Below the pieces are notes generated by a model that was given only the letters and a program-made list of their open reading frames with translations, was not told where the DNA came from and searched no databases. A DNA stretch of 57,746 nucleotides from Spirochaetales bacterium (GTDB taxonomy: Bacteria; Spirochaetota; Spirochaetia; DAHUYW01), in contig DAHVAK010000271.1 in NCBI GenBank assembly GCA_027314665.1, positions 1 to 57,746 on the forward strand. The letters are read 5' to 3'. The stretch's first letter is position 1. Every line of letters begins with the position of its first letter. This document shows positions 54,863 through 57,746 of this stretch, piece by piece. Both the position numbers and the translations under genes were made by a program.

Positions 54863-56056
54863 CTACTCGAGCGCCTGGTAGGCGAGCTGCGCAAAGTCAT
54901 CCACGAGCGGTAGCGTGAAGGCGGGCATGTACTGCGTCATGAGCAGACAGAGCAGCCCCTCCGACGGATCGACCCACCACTCCGTGTTGGCAGCGCCGCC
55001 CCAACCGAACCTCCCGACCGAGCCGGGTTGGTGGAGGAGGCCTGGGCGAAGCAGGACCGATCCGCCGAGCCCGAAGCCGTTCGCGGGGTTTCCGTGAGCG
55101 GCTATGCCCTCGGGCAGGTGATTCTGCATCATCCACTCTACGGTCTTGCGTCCGAGAAGGCGAACACCGTCAAGCTCTCCCTGGTTGAGCATCATCTGTC
55201 CGAACCGGAAGTAGTCGGCCACGGTGGAAACGAGGCCGCCGCCGCCGGAGGGATTCCTCGTCGGCCGGGCGTAGCGACTCCCTTCCGGGCGCTCGATCGG
55301 TTTGAGCCCGCCCCCTTCCGCCGTGCCGTAGACGGTCGCGAGCCTGTCAATCTTTTCCGGCGGGACCCAGAAGGAGGTGTCGACCATTCCAAGCGGGTCG
55401 AATATCCGTTCCTTGAGAAAGGCGTCGAAGGGTTTTCCGGAGGCGAGCTGCACGATGTAGCCGAGGACGTCGATGGACACGCTGTAGCGATACGCGCTGC
55501 CGGGGCTGAAGGCGAGCGGAAGCTTGGTGAGAAGGTTGATCATATCCTCGAGGGTGGCGTTAGGGTTCGCCTCGACCTGAGCCCAGAGCTCTTTGCGATA
55601 CATCTCATCCAGCACGGAATGCTCGTCGAAGCCGTAGCTCAGGCCGCTCGTGTGGGTGAAGAGGTCGTGTACGATCATCTCGCGCTTGCAGGGGATGAGC
55701 TCATAGTCGCACTCGTTTCGCGCAACGATGACCCGCGCGTTCTTGAACTCGGGAATGTAGCGAGACACCGGATCGCTGACGCGGAGCTTGCCCTCTTCGA
55801 CGAGCATCATGGCCGCAACGCTCGTGATGGGCTTCGACATCGAATAGATTCGAAAGATCGTGTCGAGCTCCATCGTCCGCGTGTTCTCCTTGTCCTTGAA
55901 GCCGAAATTCTGAAGGTAGGCCACCTCGCCCTCGCGTGCTATCAAGACAATGACGCCGGCGAATTGCCCGCGGTCGACGTATCCCTGCATGACCGGTCTG
56001 ATCCGCTCTAGGCGCAGAGACGACAGCCCCACTCGTTCAGGATCGACGATCTTCAT
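54863..56056 (-). CDS. serine hydrolase, beta-lactamase/transpeptidase-fold (class C / EstB-like)
   Basis: The SxxK nucleophile block is IYSMSKPITS, followed by a YSVS (Tyr motif) region. There is no signal peptide. Confidence 0.8.
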   Translation of the reverse strand: MKIVDPERVGLSSLRLERIRPVMQGYVDRGQFAGVIVLIAREGEVAYLQNFGFKDKENTRTMELDTIFRIYSMSKPITSVAAMMLVEEGKLRVSDPVSRYIPEFKNARVIVARNECDYELIPCKREMIVHDLFTHTSGLSYGFDEHSVLDEMYRKELWAQVEANPNATLEDMINLLTKLPLAFSPGSAYRYSVSIDVLGYIVQLASGKPFDAFLKERIFDPLGMVDTSFWVPPEKIDRLATVYGTAEGGGLKPIERPEGSRYARPTRNPSGGGGLVSTVADYFRFGQMMLNQGELDGVRLLGRKTVEWMMQNHLPEGIAAHGNPANGFGLGGSVLLRPGLLHQPGSVGRFGWGGAANTEWWVDPSEGLLCLLMTQYMPAFTLPLVDDFAQLAYQALE

Positions 56057-56247
56057 GCTCTCCTCCGTGTGCTATTGATTATAGGTGGGTTTGAAGCCGA
56101 AAACAACAACGCAGTCGGCCTCGCGACAGAAAATCGCGGCCGCCGACATTCTTGAGCGAAGTGCACTGGTTAGACGCGCGGATTCTTTTTGGGAGTTGGA
56201 ACGGGGGAATGAGGCACGGATGGTATACTAGCCTCCGGAGGTACGCT

Positions 56248-56649
56248 ATGTCGCTTATGAAAGAGTTTAGGGAATTTGCAATGCGCGGCAACGTGGTAGA
56301 CATGGCAGTGGGTATCATCATTGGCAGCGCATTCGGCAAGATCGTTTCGTCGGTAGTCAACGACGTGCTCATGCCGCCGATTGGGTTGTTGCTCGGCGGC
56401 GTCGATTTCAGCGGCTTCGCCGTGACGCTGAAGTCGGCCGCGGGCGAGGCCCCTTCCGTCGCAATCCGGTATGGTACGTTCATCAACGCGGTTATCGACT
56501 TCCTGATCGTTGCCTTCGTGCTCTTTGTCGTCATAAAGGTGATGAATACCCTGAGGCTCAAGAAGGAAGCGGAGCCGCCGGCGCCGGCAAAGCCGTCTAG
56601 TCAGGAGGTTCTCTTGTCGGAGATACGCGACCTGTTGAAAAAGAGCTGA
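56248..56649 (+). CDS. mscL: large-conductance mechanosensitive channel
   Basis: The ATG at 56248 is preceded by GGAGG. The sequence [46 protein letters not shown]...[20 protein letters not shown] is canonical MscL. Confidence 0.95.
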   Translation: MSLMKEFREFAMRGNVVDMAVGIIIGSAFGKIVSSVVNDVLMPPIGLLLGGVDFSGFAVTLKSAAGEAPSVAIRYGTFINAVIDFLIVAFVLFVVIKVMNTLRLKKEAEPPAPAKPSSQEVLLSEIRDLLKKS

Positions 56650-56693
56650 GCCTCGGTTTCTCCACACCCCCTTTTCAAGAGAAGGCCCATTAA

Positions 56694-56812
56694 CAGGGTG
56701 CTGACAAAGTGATTGACCCGCTGCCAAAACGGCGTTTTCTATGGTTTCTTGCCCGAAACTGGTTCGTGAAAACGCCGTCTTGGCAGGTACCTTTGAGTTT
56801 GTCAGCACCCTG
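56694..56812 (+). repeat. MITE-like palindromic element, full copy C (119 bp)
   Basis: The element runs CAGGGTGCTGACAAAGTGATTGACCCGCTGCCAAAACGGCGTTTTC-loop-GAAAACGCCGTCTTGGCAGGTACCTTTGAGTTTGTCAGCACCCTG. TA flanks lie at 56691-56692 and 56814-56815. It begins 44 nt after the mscL stop. Confidence 0.85.
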
Positions 56813-56874
56813 TTAAGGCGAAACGTAAAATCGGAAAGTACCCGAATCCGGCCAAGCAAGAAGGGAGGAAGGCT

Positions 56875-57532
56875 TTGAAGTGTTACCTCGGGATCGACCT
56901 CGGGACATCGACCGTGAAAGCAATCGTTGTCGACGAGAGCGGGGCTGTCCTCGCAATTCGCGAGAGAGGCTACCCGATTCACCATCCACGCCCGGGTCTT
57001 GCCGAGCAAGTGCCGGATGAGTGGTGGGAGGCCACGGCGGAGTGCCTTCGCGATCTGATTGCCGCCCGAGAGGTCAAGGGATGCTCCATCGAGGCAATTG
57101 GTCTTTCCGGACAGATGCACGGTTTGGTGATGCTCGACAAGAGCGGAGCGCCGCTTCGCAACGCCATCATCTGGACAGACACCCGAACTGCCGAGATATG
57201 CGCCGAGTGGTCGCGGTCCGGCTCGGCCGAGGCGTTCCACTCGATCACCGGGCTTCCTCTCGCCAGCGGCTTTTTCGCCCCCTCCCTCGAGTGGGTTCGC
57301 CGGGAAGAGCCTGATATCTGCCGGCGGACGGCAGTCGCGATACTTCCGAAAGACTACATCCGATTCAAGCTGACCGGGAAGATCGCCACCGACCCCTCGG
57401 ACGCCTCGGGAACCTGTCTGTTCGATATTGGCAGGAGAGACTGGGCTCCTTCGGTCCTCAAGACTTTCAGGCTCGATGAAAAGATCCTACCCGAGCTTGC
57501 GGAGACGCTCTCGCCAGCGGGGACGGTCACTC
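56875..57532 (+). pseudogene. xylB: FGGY kinase / xylulokinase-like (copy 2), 3'-truncated by an IS insertion
   Basis: The TTG start follows GGGAGG. It contains MKCYLGIDLGTSTVK, GLSGQMHG, IIWTDTR and DASGTCLFD. Colinearity with copy 1 stops after ..LSPAGTVT, near 57531. The remaining 22 codons of the ORF are read-through into IS sequence. Confidence 0.75.
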
Positions 57533-57746
57533 TGAACCTTCCCCGATTCGATGGACATAGAGTTAAGCATCTTGATAGAACATGGCGAAGGAAAAGGTAA
57601 TGGCAGACACCCGGAAGAAGTACACGCGAGAGTTCAAAGTCGAAGCGGCGAGATATGATCGATTCTTGTGGACGGGATAGAAAAAGGACGCCTCTTTCCG
57701 GTAAGGTTTTGTCGCCAAACAATCCTGCCAGAAGGGAGAACGTCCG
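57533..57746 (+). mobile_element. IS3-family insertion sequence, left end (continues beyond the window)
   Basis: It starts with TGAACCTTCCCCGATTCGATGG; IS3-family ends begin with TG. An OrfA-like start lies 49 nt inside. Confidence 0.6.
57582..57680 (+). pseudogene. IS3 OrfA-like transposase N-terminus, prematurely terminated (probable frameshift)
   Basis: MAKEKVMADTRKKYTREFKVEAAR matches the conserved (K)YTxEFKxEAV start of IS3 OrfA. The frame then stops after 8 more codons. The +1 frame continues with ..GKVLSPNNPARR.., which is reminiscent of the OrfA HTH. Confidence 0.5.

Noticed and set aside
1435-56812. The repeated CAGGGTGCTGACAA... units as a CRISPR array or a REP/BIME-type short repeat.
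   Set aside because: The copies are kilobases apart, about 120 bp long, internally palindromic and TA-flanked. There is no regular repeat-spacer periodicity, and no cas genes lie in the window.

Overview
High-GC (by eye) bacterial chromosomal segment. The gene content suggests a diderm: MlaEFD, a PpiD-like chaperone, an NlpD-like LysM/LytM protein and lipoprotein signal peptides. The phylum cannot be determined from sequence alone. FabV/TER and a DUF115/MptE-like gene are compatible with a spirochaete, but that is a guess. Coordinates were anchored to the supplied ORF track, and many long ORFs in that track are antisense shadow ORFs typical of high-GC DNA. The first ~44 kb is mostly housekeeping and accessory metabolism: lepA, tRNA-Asp and tRNA-Pro, udk, mlaEFD, a cysteine synthase, nuoCD-nuoI, fabV/fabF, feoB, xylB, SpoIID, two-component and phosphorelay genes, and GH5 and GH30 glycosidases. 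The last ~13 kb looks accessory. It holds a tyrosine integrase, then a tightly packed eight-gene cluster, then a beta-lactamase-fold hydrolase, mscL, and a second xylB copy cut by an IS3-like end. The eight-gene cluster has two divergent arms. One arm encodes an unknown protein, a PPP-type phosphatase, a Hanks Ser/Thr kinase, a multi-TM FHA-like protein and a secreted vWA/TM/FHA-like protein. The other arm encodes a paralog of the unknown protein fused to an HU/IHF domain, a canonical small FHA protein and a protein with a histone-H1-like basic tail. I consider this FHA/vWA/kinase/phosphatase cluster with nucleoid-protein-like outputs the best candidate for an undescribed system. A previously unannotated ~119-121 bp palindromic, TA-flanked MITE-like element occurs in three full copies and one half copy. 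Two full copies bracket the accessory segment. Other oddities are an orphan nuoCD-nuoI pair, an Rrf2 regulator whose only plausible start is CTG, a frameshifted alpha/beta hydrolase pseudogene, and two small secreted or Cys-rich proteins. No CRISPR array or rRNA was seen.
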